A stretch of 64,000 nt of DNA, taken from Nitrososphaerota archaeon (GTDB taxonomy: Archaea > Thermoproteota > Nitrososphaeria > Nitrososphaerales > UBA57). The stretch lies in assembly GCA_024860875.1 (NCBI GenBank), contig JACPSZ010000008.1, positions 20,106-84,105 on the forward strand. The letters run 5' to 3'. Below the pieces are notes generated by a model, which saw only the letters and a list, made by a program, of their open reading frames with translations, had not been told where the DNA came from and did no database searches. Positions 55,321 through 64,000 of the stretch are shown here, piece by piece. The position numbers were made by a program, and so were the translations under genes. The stretch's first letter is position 1. The number at the start of each line of letters is the position of its first letter.

Positions 55321-55632
55321 GACCTTACCAGCATTGTGATAGGTGCGATAGTAGGCAGCGACATTTACATCGCTTCAGCCATAACTGCAGGATTGATAGG
55401 GCCTCTCTGGATACTCGTCTGGATAGTAGCAGGGATTATGGCTACAATTCTAGCAAGGGTCTTCGGCTATTTGAGCTATTATGTTCCAAGAGCAGGGGGC
55501 TCGTTCGCCTTCGTCTCTGCAGCTTTCGATGACTTTTACGGTTTCCTTGCAGGGTTAATAGCGGGTAACCTCATATATGCGTTCATAGTCGTGCACAATG
55601 CTACGCTACTCATGAGAGAGCTTATACATTAA
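55321..55632 (+). pseudogene. N-terminal fragment of an APC-family amino-acid permease
   Basis: DLTSIVIGAIVGSDIYIASA...GPLWILVWIVAG...YYVPRAGGSFAFV matches only the first 2-3 TM of APC permeases. An in-frame stop at 55318 precedes it and the ORF ends at about 100 aa. Confidence 0.6.
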
Positions 55633-55708
55633 GAAGTTGGCCTTGATCTTGAACCTAGAGCACTAATACATAAGGCTAATAATATACTGGCGCTGAACGA
55701 ATTCAGTC

Positions 55709-56215
55709 TTGCCCAACGAAGATAATGGTAAAAATCAGGCTGTAAACATAGTTAACCAACTAAAAGACCTCCATGCTGAATTTGCCCAACTTTCAGAGCT
55801 CCAAGAAATGGAACGGACTCATCTTGAAAATCTTCTTGATGTTTTGAAATTTTTGTTCTCCAAGGTAGGAGCAACTGTACCCGTAAGTGTAGAGGCTCTG
55901 GGAAATTCCTTTGCTGATGTAAAGAAGGCATATCTGGCATCTGAGGCTGTAATTCTCGCTGTAGATTCTAATGGCAATATTACTTCACAGCAACTAATTC
56001 AGCTACCTCCAAAGAACATCCTTGATGTTATAGTGGACTGCTCTCCTAAGCTCAAGGAAATGATCGCGGAAAGAAGGGACATGGTATCAGAGAGGGTCGG
56101 CCTACTGGAGAAGGTCATGAAGGAGCTAAAGAAGGCCAAAGCCGTTCTAAAGGCGCCTGCCCAGCAGGAGCTGGAAGAACTAGACATAGTCAGAAACTCT
56201 ATAACAAGCGAGTAG
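55709..56215 (+). CDS. hypothetical coiled-coil protein (168 aa)
   Basis: TTG-start ORF with helical heptad-like ends. Confidence 0.45.
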   Translation: MPNEDNGKNQAVNIVNQLKDLHAEFAQLSELQEMERTHLENLLDVLKFLFSKVGATVPVSVEALGNSFADVKKAYLASEAVILAVDSNGNITSQQLIQLPPKNILDVIVDCSPKLKEMIAERRDMVSERVGLLEKVMKELKKAKAVLKAPAQQELEELDIVRNSITSE

Positions 56216-56231
56216 AGAGGTCTATCTTGCT

Positions 56232-56732
56232 ATGCGCGAGATGGATACAGCTTTTGGGCTGAAGACATTCTACTCAAAGGAAGCATTGAGGAACTACGTC
56301 AAGGAGCTTACAGAACACTATCAGCGCGAAGCTGACAAATACGGGGAGTGGCTTGGGAAGCTTATAAGAGCCCCTCAGCAGCAAGAAGGCTCACAAAAGG
56401 ACAAAAACGCTCATAAGGATCAAAAGGTCAAGGGAAGCAACAAACCCCTATCAAAGGGCTGGTCAAAGATGGGCCAGATGTTCGTCAATCTAAGCGACCC
56501 TAATGTGGGCATGACTGAGGTCCTTTTCGATGTCTTTGAAGAGTTCAAACTCAAAATATCCAAAACAACTGAAGCTCTAAAGTCTCTTGAAAGCATTGAG
56601 AGTTTAGGAAAGCAGGAAGGAGCCTCCTATATGTTGTATCTTGTTGATGGTGTCCCAAGCAAGTTGGTCATCGACACTCAGAACGCAAGGCCGCAGCAGT
56701 TCATATTCTCTGCTGATTTCCAAGTTGTTTAA
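56232..56732 (+). CDS. hypothetical protein (166 aa)
   Basis: ATG ORF 16 nt after the previous gene, with a Lys/Gln-rich linker. Confidence 0.45.
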   Translation: MREMDTAFGLKTFYSKEALRNYVKELTEHYQREADKYGEWLGKLIRAPQQQEGSQKDKNAHKDQKVKGSNKPLSKGWSKMGQMFVNLSDPNVGMTEVLFDVFEEFKLKISKTTEALKSLESIESLGKQEGASYMLYLVDGVPSKLVIDTQNARPQQFIFSADFQVV

Positions 56733-56750
56733 TTTTGAAATGATTGCAGA

Positions 56751-58451
56751 TTAGAACATTGAAGCTAATTCGAGATATGACTTTGCGAAGAACTTCATCA
56801 TTTGATATGGACTCTCAAGCACACAACTGACAGTAAAGTAGTCCTGAATTGCAGGGTTATCTACACCGACTCCCATGAGCAGGCACCCCGTCTTTGAAAT
56901 TTGGTTGATAGTTGAAACAAGGTTTCTCTCTATCTGGGAATAGCCGGTTGGATATCCATCCGATACTACCATCAAAATTTTGTTGTCGACTGGGATTTCT
57001 GCAAGTGCTTTGTAGCAGGCAAGCATTGCATCGGGTAGAAGCGTAGAATTTCGCTGAGTTATGCCTCCAATTCTTGCTTTGCTCTCTATGTCGTAAGACT
57101 CTTTGAACTCTTTGATGACCTGCAAAGAATTGTTGAAGCCGAAAAGGCCCCATCTGTTCTGTGCAGGCATGAGGTCTTTGGCAATCTCTGCCAAGCAGGC
57201 TGTTATGCTTCTTATCTCGTGTGCAACGGTTGATATGCTCTTGCTTGTATCAACCAGAATCGCCCAAGCCTCTTCTTTATTGATAATATCGTCTCTTGTG
57301 AAGACATCGTTCCTCTCAGTCCCTGACGCCATAACTTGGATAGCCGCTGTAATGTCAACCTGCCCACTTTCATAGCCAGAATTTTCATCAGAAGCATTCC
57401 TTACGAGTTTCAACCTGTCCCTTATACTTCTTACAGCCCCCGATACTACTGCTCTTGCCCTAAGAAACATTCCATAGTCTCCTTTAGGAATTTCTACTGA
57501 ATCCAGCCGTGTAGGAGCTATCAGCTCATTGTACTTCTCCATGATCCTTTTCATACTAGTCTCGGTAGCTTTAGTGAGATGGCGGAACTCCTCAGTTTCT
57601 CCAAACGCCATTGTATCCTGCTCAGTAAGTAGTGAAGTACCTAGTCCTAAGGTTTGGTAGGCGGCCTGCATCAGTTCTTTGGAATTCTCACGATCAACCA
57701 TCTTATTGTCAAAAATACTGCACTTGCCGTGGGCTTCAGCATACGGTAGAGAGATTACTTCCCTTAGAGTCCCTTGATTCATAATGGCTTTGTAAACTGT
57801 ATCTACTGCTTGAAGGAGCAAGGAATTGTCATCCTGCTTAGTGTTCACGCTTTGTCGCACAAGCTGAGTAATTTCATTAGACAGGTTGGATACGATAATA
57901 TCTTCATCCGAGGGATCGGAGGTTGAATGGTTTACCCCCCATACTTTGAACAACAGTTTGGTAGCGAAGCGCAGTGCCCTGCTGTCGATGTCGTCGGGAT
58001 CGTGCACTCTTAGTGATGAAATATAATTTGCATATGCTATGTCACCAAGAAGTCCCTTCCAGTCCCTTGCCGCTCCCATCGTCACCTTGAGGTCCTCAAT
58101 CAGTGAAACTGAGTACGTTGCTGCTGTGAGATCCTTCCCTTTGGCCCAATCAGGGTAACTTTGGAAATTCGAATATGCAGCGTGGAGAGATGTGTGGTAT
58201 AGTGATGCTTTGAAGAGCCTCCAAGAGCTTAGCCAAGATGTTCTATCTTCATCAAAGTACAATCCGTGTAGAGTGTAAAAGCCTTCCTTGACACGCCGTG
58301 GAACAGGAAGTTTGATCACATACCCTCTTGAATCGCTGGAGAGAATCGGGTTAACAAGATCCTCATCCAATAGCAACCTCAGATTCTGGTGGTCTCTCCC
58401 AGATATGCTTGTAGCGGTATTCCAAGCGTAGTCAAGCAGTTTCATTTGCAA
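56751..58451 (-). CDS. CbbO/NorD-like protein with C-terminal von Willebrand factor A domain
   Basis: N-terminal LFKASLYHTSLHAAYSNF resembles the CbbO/NorD HxxxH-type block. The C-terminal VWA has AILVDTSKSIS (MIDAS-like DxSxS) and MVVSDGYPTG. Confidence 0.75.
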   Translation of the reverse strand: MQMKLLDYAWNTATSISGRDHQNLRLLLDEDLVNPILSSDSRGYVIKLPVPRRVKEGFYTLHGLYFDEDRTSWLSSWRLFKASLYHTSLHAAYSNFQSYPDWAKGKDLTAATYSVSLIEDLKVTMGAARDWKGLLGDIAYANYISSLRVHDPDDIDSRALRFATKLLFKVWGVNHSTSDPSDEDIIVSNLSNEITQLVRQSVNTKQDDNSLLLQAVDTVYKAIMNQGTLREVISLPYAEAHGKCSIFDNKMVDRENSKELMQAAYQTLGLGTSLLTEQDTMAFGETEEFRHLTKATETSMKRIMEKYNELIAPTRLDSVEIPKGDYGMFLRARAVVSGAVRSIRDRLKLVRNASDENSGYESGQVDITAAIQVMASGTERNDVFTRDDIINKEEAWAILVDTSKSISTVAHEIRSITACLAEIAKDLMPAQNRWGLFGFNNSLQVIKEFKESYDIESKARIGGITQRNSTLLPDAMLACYKALAEIPVDNKILMVVSDGYPTGYSQIERNLVSTINQISKTGCLLMGVGVDNPAIQDYFTVSCVLESPYQMMKFFAKSYLELASMF

Positions 58452-58463
58452 GCTCCTGCAATG

Positions 58464-59444
58464 CTATTTTCCAATAACCATCTGCACGATTCTTCTTACG
58501 GTCCCTCTAATCTCTGCTTCATCAGAAGTAACCGCAACTATGGTTTCTTCGGCTGCCGCTGTCGGAGTAAGCCCGTCCGCAACGAGAACACCCCAGTTGA
58601 CAAGGTCACCAACAGATGGTGCATACGGGAGATCTCCATTTTTGTAGAGTTTTCTGAGCTCTGCTGCAACTCTAATGATTTTCTCAGACGTTTCTGGAGG
58701 AATGTTTGCTTTCTTGCTGATAAGATCAACCTCATCTTTCGATATTCGTGCTCCAACACTCAAGTAATCAAAATCTACCCATACACTCATTCTTCTTCTG
58801 AATGCTGCGTTCAGGGGTTTAGTTCCAGCAAATTCTGATGCGAACGGGTTCATGCTAATTATGACGTAGCCATTGGGATGTCTTGGTATGACTTCATTGT
58901 CTTTTTCGTTCAATACTAGGTGGCCTCTGGTGTCAAGGAGCGGGTTTAGCCGAGTGGCAACGTCTTGTTTCATCATGTTAGCTTCATCAAGGTATAGGAT
59001 TCCTCCATATCGGCACCATGAAACTAGTTGCCCGTCAATCCAGTTTTCTTTGCCTAAACCAACGAATCTTCCAAAGAGATCATAGACAGAAGTTTGGAGA
59101 CCACAGTTAATCTCCCAAAGAGGCAACCCTGATAATTCGGAAACAAGGTATACGATGTGCGTCTTACCTGTTCCGCTAGGTCCAATCAATGCAGCCTGCT
59201 TGAAATAATAAAGAGCTCGTATAATTCTCTCTACGTAGTTATTGCCGGATTCAACATATTCAGGAGAGTTTTTTGGAACCAAAGCCTTCAAAGATTCGGG
59301 GAGAGCGTAGCCTTGTCCAAGATCGTATTTTGTTACACCGTATTTGGCCTTCAGCGAATCTACTCCTACTTTTGGTGTCACAGAAAGTTTTACTGTAAGC
59401 CTCGCTCCAGTGCCTTCAGCTCTAACGCGTATTTCGTTCCCCAA
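58464..59444 (-). CDS. MoxR-class AAA+ ATPase (AAA_5; CbbQ/NorQ/GvpN-like)
   Basis: LIGPSGTGKTH Walker A, ILYLDEANMM Walker B, VIISMNP sensor region. Lies 13 nt upstream of the VWA gene. Confidence 0.85.
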   Translation of the reverse strand: MGNEIRVRAEGTGARLTVKLSVTPKVGVDSLKAKYGVTKYDLGQGYALPESLKALVPKNSPEYVESGNNYVERIIRALYYFKQAALIGPSGTGKTHIVYLVSELSGLPLWEINCGLQTSVYDLFGRFVGLGKENWIDGQLVSWCRYGGILYLDEANMMKQDVATRLNPLLDTRGHLVLNEKDNEVIPRHPNGYVIISMNPFASEFAGTKPLNAAFRRRMSVWVDFDYLSVGARISKDEVDLISKKANIPPETSEKIIRVAAELRKLYKNGDLPYAPSVGDLVNWGVLVADGLTPTAAAEETIVAVTSDEAEIRGTVRRIVQMVIGK

Positions 59445-59572
59445 TTCAGGATTTTCCTTTCCGTCGAATAATTAAACGGTTATGGATTACAGATCTAGAA
59501 CTCGGCTTCAAATACCTTTAAACCACGTCGCATAACACGTAGATTGGTTGAATAATATTCTGGAGGGTAACC

Positions 59573-60013
59573 ATGGCAGAAGTTGATGTCATGGTAAAGA
59601 GTGTCGAAGGTAGAAGGCTCACTCAAGAGTCAAAAGAGGATTCTAAAGCTACATTTGATGTTCACGCTTCATTAGTCGAATCGGAAAGAAATCCTGATTC
59701 GATGTCTGTTAAATTTGTCATCGAACTAGAGACTCTGCCTGCTATAGCAAAACTTTCTATTGCGGGTTCTGCAACAATTAGGGGCTCAGACGAAGACATT
59801 AAGACATTAACAACTGCCAAGGACGAGAGCGGCGTTCCGCCCTTATTTATGAAAGTCTATCAGAAGATATATGCCACGATGTACCTTCTTTGTGGCTCGT
59901 TAAGAATCCCGTACCCAGCGCCCGGTCTTCTAAAGTCCACTCAAGTAAGCACAACTAGGGAAATACCTCAGCCTTTACAAACTGATGGAAATCCGAGCAT
60001 ATCTAAGCAATAG
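59573..60013 (+). CDS. hypothetical protein (146 aa)
   Basis: ATG preceded by GGAGG 7 nt upstream. No firm family assignment. Confidence 0.5.
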   Translation: MAEVDVMVKSVEGRRLTQESKEDSKATFDVHASLVESERNPDSMSVKFVIELETLPAIAKLSIAGSATIRGSDEDIKTLTTAKDESGVPPLFMKVYQKIYATMYLLCGSLRIPYPAPGLLKSTQVSTTREIPQPLQTDGNPSISKQ

Positions 60014-60305
60014 AGCGTGCGTGGATGGCTTCCTCCCTGGGCTCCTCTGCTGCAATACTGAAAGCATTCTCTATTTCAGAGAATTGCCGAAGTGTCCTAA
60101 AGCCATGTTCCGTAAGGAAAATGTATGTTTCATGACCTTTGCTTTCGGTTCTTAAAATCCCTTTTTCCTCTAGAACTTGAAGTGCTTCCTTCAACACTGT
60201 CCAAGCTAGATTGGCCCTGTACATTATGTGAGTTCGCCTAATCTTTCCAGCCGCTGCTACCCTCATGATATCCATGAAGACTTCCATCCTTGACCTGCGC
60301 ATCAT
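60003..60305 (-). CDS. small winged-helix DNA-binding protein (HTH_45-like)
   Basis: EVFMDIMRVAAAGKIRRTHIMYRANLAWTVLKEALQVLEEKGIL pattern. Confidence 0.7.
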   Translation of the reverse strand: MMRRSRMEVFMDIMRVAAAGKIRRTHIMYRANLAWTVLKEALQVLEEKGILRTESKGHETYIFLTEHGFRTLRQFSEIENAFSIAAEEPREEAIHARSIA

Positions 60306-60390
60306 ACTCTGCTCTAGAATTCTGCTCTATACTTATCCTTCATAGAAGATTTCCTCTAAAGGAAGCCTAAATTTTTTGGATTACGGCAAA

Positions 60391-61791
60391 TCATGCCTGC
60401 TTTGTGGCCTTCAGACCTTCATCAGTATAGGTCAAGTGGTTCGGGAATAAACCCCTTATCAGAGTCATCATTTTGTCATCATGAGCAGGTTCGTTGATAA
60501 TAAAGAGCGACATAGCTCTAGGATTGCTCAATATCTCATTCGACTGCTTTAGAAAATTGTACGTTTTCTCCAGGCCCAAAGAAAGTATCAAGTCTGTAAT
60601 GCTATCGAATAATACTGCAATCGAACTATCAGGAATAGATCTCAGGGTTTTATCAAGCACATCAAGCAGGACGGAATGGTCATGCTGGGGAACCATGATC
60701 TCGTTCAATTGTCCTTCGGTGGGCTTGGGGTAGGAAACTTTGTCCGTCAGAATGAAAAACCGCACTACGCCGATTTTATCATGCGATTCTGATAAGGCTC
60801 TGTGAATCGGGCTTCCCCTGGAAGTAAAAGTAAACAGTATGTGTTTAGTCGATATAACCTCTTTAGCAAAATCTATTATCACTTTCTCATAGTCTGTAGC
60901 GGGGTTAACCTCCAGCAAAATGTTCCTGCTCCCAAGAAATTCTTTCCCCACACCCAAACGCCTCGAAAATGGATATTCCAATGGGCCTTCTAAAGTTAGT
61001 GGTTTCACCTCAAAGAAACTCGCCAGCACAGACGCTCTGCGGAAGACAAGCGCAGTAATTGAGAAGACCGTTGCTGCTACAAGATAGCCAACATCATTAG
61101 CATCAATTCCAACAATCCATAGGTATCCATTGAATATCAGGAGATCCAACCCTATTGCAGACCAGCAGATAGGGAGCGTAACCAATGCTCTTTTGATGGC
61201 TGGTTCAGCAAACTTCCGTGAAGCAGCAATTATTAGGTAAGTGGGGTATGCTATGAACGCTACCAGAACTATCAAGAGTATTAGCAAGTAATTTTGAGAG
61301 AGAGGGCTGGAGACAATAGTAACTCCCCATAAGTTTTCCAAAGTGATTATACTGTATGGATGGAACGTAAGGAGAAATATTTCTGCGAAGATCATATATG
61401 AAGAGAAGCTTATAAATGCTAACCTGTGGCGGGGGTTCTTCATTATGTCTGAAAAAATTCCTCTTAGATAGCCAGAAGGCCGGAAGTGGATTGTTACTGC
61501 AGCTAATGTTAAGAGCCACACGTCTAAGATGATGAGGCTTGTCCCCCCCTCTGCATACAGCCTAATGAAAAAGGGGCCTGGAGACCTTCCAAACAGAGTA
61601 ACATATGTGACTCTTAGGAATTCCAACACAATGACTAAGCTGAAGAAAATGTACACAAGAACCAATGTGTTCCTTACATAATTGTATGAAGTGCTCTGCT
61701 GGCTGTAGATGCGGTATGCCGAAATCCCAGTTATTGCTAAAGTAAGAATGTGTATAGCAGGGGTTATAAATTGTGCATACGGGGCGTCCAT
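60391..61791 (-). CDS. polytopic membrane protein with C-terminal degenerate KaiC/RecA-like (DUF835-like) domain
   Basis: About 8 TM in the first 270 aa. The C-terminal domain has a Walker-B-like AVLFDSITDL but LLEVNPATDYEK where a P-loop would be. Confidence 0.6.
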   Translation of the reverse strand: MDAPYAQFITPAIHILTLAITGISAYRIYSQQSTSYNYVRNTLVLVYIFFSLVIVLEFLRVTYVTLFGRSPGPFFIRLYAEGGTSLIILDVWLLTLAAVTIHFRPSGYLRGIFSDIMKNPRHRLAFISFSSYMIFAEIFLLTFHPYSIITLENLWGVTIVSSPLSQNYLLILLIVLVAFIAYPTYLIIAASRKFAEPAIKRALVTLPICWSAIGLDLLIFNGYLWIVGIDANDVGYLVAATVFSITALVFRRASVLASFFEVKPLTLEGPLEYPFSRRLGVGKEFLGSRNILLEVNPATDYEKVIIDFAKEVISTKHILFTFTSRGSPIHRALSESHDKIGVVRFFILTDKVSYPKPTEGQLNEIMVPQHDHSVLLDVLDKTLRSIPDSSIAVLFDSITDLILSLGLEKTYNFLKQSNEILSNPRAMSLFIINEPAHDDKMMTLIRGLFPNHLTYTDEGLKATKQA

Positions 61792-61800
61792 GCACTAAAC

Positions 61801-62490
61801 CTAGTACTTGGAAACATGCATCCCATCCTGGCTTATCATGACCGAATGGTATTTCCTGCTGTGGTTAGTTCCCCTCATCTTGAGTACAACGAACCTTGAC
61901 TTCAATTCAAAATCATCCAACCAGTTTTCTAACATCAGGACCGAATCAGCTAAGAATGTTTCCGGCCCAAGCTTTCCGCTCTGAGCGGTTCCTATGGTCA
62001 TAAGAGTTGTTATGTTGTTGTTCTTTACTGATCGGTAGATGATCTTCATAAAACTCCTAAGCTCAAATGCAGTCTCACAGGCAATCAAAAGTGCTGTCAA
62101 AGAGTCTATGATTAGAATCCTACCATCTATTTCCTCCAATGCTGCTAGCAGAAGAGATATGTTTGATTCAAGCTCCTTGCCTCTTAGAGCATCTAGGTCA
62201 ACAATCCTTATAGTCCCTGCACTTTCCAGAGGTGCAAAGTCCATCCCGAACATCTTCATATTTCTCTTAAAGTATTCAGCCGATTCCTCAAATGTGGCAT
62301 AGATCACTTTTTTACCCTGTTTGGAAGCAGCGTTATAGGCAAACTGCGAGGCGAAAATGGTTTTCCCCGTTCCTGGCCCTCCTGCTAAGATATGAACTCC
62401 ACCGGCAGGCAAACCACCTTCTATCAATTCATCCAAGCCTGTTACCCCTGACTCAATCCTTTCTACCTGCTTTGGAGTCATCATTCTCAA
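61801..62490 (-). CDS. single-domain KaiC/RadA-like RecA-superfamily ATPase
   Basis: SGVTGLDELIEGGLPAGGVHILAGGPGTGKT and Walker B ILIIDSLTAL. Confidence 0.85.
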   Translation of the reverse strand: MRMMTPKQVERIESGVTGLDELIEGGLPAGGVHILAGGPGTGKTIFASQFAYNAASKQGKKVIYATFEESAEYFKRNMKMFGMDFAPLESAGTIRIVDLDALRGKELESNISLLLAALEEIDGRILIIDSLTALLIACETAFELRSFMKIIYRSVKNNNITTLMTIGTAQSGKLGPETFLADSVLMLENWLDDFELKSRFVVLKMRGTNHSRKYHSVMISQDGMHVSKY

Positions 62491-62548
62491 ATCCTGACAC
62501 TCAACCTCTCGATCGACTCATATCTAAAAAAGCTTTGGGATAGTGTCG

Positions 62549-63583
62549 TCATTCGGATCTGTTCTCCAGCGCTTCAGTAAGCTTCTCAAGCTTCTCTCGA
62601 GCTTTAGAGGGAGGAAGGCAGTGTAATAAGTTTCTGCTCATGGAACAGTACTTATTGGTTAGTGATGCTGCATAGGTCAGTGAGCCCAAATCCATCAAGG
62701 TTGAGATAATTTTCTTCACATCTGACGGCGTAAACCATCTTCTCCAAAGCATCGAATGGATCAGGTTCATCTGGTAAGGGTTGGCGTGCGATAGTGCGTG
62801 GACGAGTGCTACATTGCACGTGTTGTTTTGGAGGTCCTTAAACACTGGTTTTCCGATAACTCTAGTGTTTCCTATTATGTCCAGCATGTCGTCCATAAGT
62901 TGGAAGCCAATACCCAGATTATAGCCAAATTGATACATAGCATCAACAACACGCTTGCTTGCACCTCCAACCACCGCACCTGAAGCTGTAGGAGCGGCAA
63001 ATAATGCTCCAGTCTTCAATCCAATAATTTCCAGGTACTCTGCTTCGGTTAGCGCCCCAACTGCTACCAATTTTGATTCTAAGTATTCCCCTTTTGCCAC
63101 CATTTTCGCTGAATTTGCAACGTATAGTAGAAGCTTTGTTAATTTCTTCTTAGACAACCTGACATCGTAATATTTTGCAAGCTCCGAAAAGATTTCAAAA
63201 ATAAGGTAGTCAGAAATCAAGATTGCCCTAGTTACTCCATATTTCTTATGAGCAGTTGGTTGCTTCCGCCTGATATTCGAGTCATCTATTATGTCATCTT
63301 GAACTAAGGATGCGGCGTGTGCAAGTTCATAAGCCACTGCAACGGGAATTGCTTTTTCATAACTTCCGCAGACGGCTTCGCATGTCAGAAGGGCCATTAT
63401 CGCTCTAATTCTCTTGCCTCCAGCAGAAACTATCTCTGAAGCTGCTACTGAAAGCTCCGAGTTTCCCTCTAATGCGTGTAGGAGAGCATTTTCAACAATC
63501 GGGCGATACTTAGCAGCGATGTCGTCAAGCTCCGACTTTGATTTTGCTAGTGTTTGGTTAAGTTTAGAATATAATTCTGCCAA
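62549..63583 (-). CDS. trans-polyprenyl (geranylgeranyl-type) diphosphate synthase
   Basis: First and second Asp-rich motifs LVQDDIIDD and FQLMDDMLD. Confidence 0.85.
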   Translation of the reverse strand: MAELYSKLNQTLAKSKSELDDIAAKYRPIVENALLHALEGNSELSVAASEIVSAGGKRIRAIMALLTCEAVCGSYEKAIPVAVAYELAHAASLVQDDIIDDSNIRRKQPTAHKKYGVTRAILISDYLIFEIFSELAKYYDVRLSKKKLTKLLLYVANSAKMVAKGEYLESKLVAVGALTEAEYLEIIGLKTGALFAAPTASGAVVGGASKRVVDAMYQFGYNLGIGFQLMDDMLDIIGNTRVIGKPVFKDLQNNTCNVALVHALSHANPYQMNLIHSMLWRRWFTPSDVKKIISTLMDLGSLTYAASLTNKYCSMSRNLLHCLPPSKAREKLEKLTEALENRSE

Positions 63584-64000
63584 GATGCATCAACGGACCC
63601 CAAATTGCATATTCGCCATCTGCTACTGTATCACAAAGTATGTTTATGTCAGCATTGGGTCTACTTGCGAGCCATCGGTACAATGCTGAGTAAGCGGGGA
63701 GAAAAAGTGCAAAAGCCATGTATATTGGCATCATCTTTAAGGCTACTAATGCAATAATGTACGCCCCCGATAAAAGATCAACTGTAGTCATAGCAGCAAA
63801 AGATGCCCGAATTCCATAAACAGTAGGAAGTGTCCTAATCCCGAACTTTTTGTCTCCATCTTTGTCTCTAACGTCAAAGAAAATTGTGTTAACCATAAGC
63901 CTCAGAAAGACATAAGGTGCGAACAGTAATAGTATAGAGGTTATTTCTTGGTAATACAGCCCTACTAGAACGGGTATAAGCGACCAGCCAAAAGAAATCA
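63564..64000 (-). CDS. UbiA-family prenyltransferase, 5' end cut by the window
   Basis: The reading frame stays open from 63998. NTIFFDVRDKDGDKKFGIRTLP is the second Asp-rich UbiA motif. Overlaps the polyprenyl synthase gene by 20 nt. Confidence 0.75.
   Translation of the reverse strand, partial: ISFGWSLIPVLVGLYYQEITSILLLFAPYVFLRLMVNTIFFDVRDKDGDKKFGIRTLPTVYGIRASFAAMTTVDLLSGAYIIALVALKMMPIYMAFALFLPAYSALYRWLASRPNADINILCDTVADGEYAIWGPLMHLGRIIF

Overview
This is a densely coding archaeal chromosomal segment. Gene content, leaderless-type promoters and the tRNA intron style look TACK/Thaumarchaeota-like. Core genes I recognise are deoxyhypusine synthase, membrane H+-pyrophosphatase, a NiCoT-like metal transporter, a presenilin-type protease, NAD synthetase, an A24 prepilin peptidase, archaeal GAPDH and malate dehydrogenase. 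Also recognisable are a fixC-fixX-etfB-etfA cluster, a thiamine salvage locus (thiR divergent from thiW-Ploop-thiD-thiN) and an OCD-type alanine dehydrogenase. The remainder includes sugar, ABC-2 and branched-chain amino-acid ABC transporters, an S8 protease, thrB-thrC, a polyprenyl synthase and a UbiA prenyltransferase cut by the window end. There are three tRNA genes: Cys(GCA) with a 20-nt D-loop intron, Arg(TCT) with C at position 33, and Leu(CAA) with one canonical and one D-arm intron. I saw no rRNA and no CRISPR array. The most interesting items are listed here.
- A standalone ABC-ATPase/Toprim fusion (OLD- or fused-PARIS-like) whose usual catalytic Glu and Asp read Gln and Asn (22373-24412).
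- A 323-bp MITE-like element with about 40-bp terminal inverted repeats and a TAA target duplication, precisely splitting an esterase gene (14986-15308).
- A three-gene KaiC-like ATPase / membrane protein with degenerate KaiC-like domain / wHTH module (60003-62490).
- A CbbQ/NorQ-type AAA+ plus CbbO/NorD-type VWA pair with uncharacterised neighbours (55709-60013).
- The thiamine locus, with a perfectly centred palindromic TATA/operator shared by two divergent leaderless genes and an uncharacterised P-loop protein where a thiazole kinase would be expected.
- A ~0.9 kb non-coding, palindrome-rich gap (13278-14204).
- Gene debris next to two tRNA genes.
All functional calls come from motif recognition by eye. 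No database search was run.
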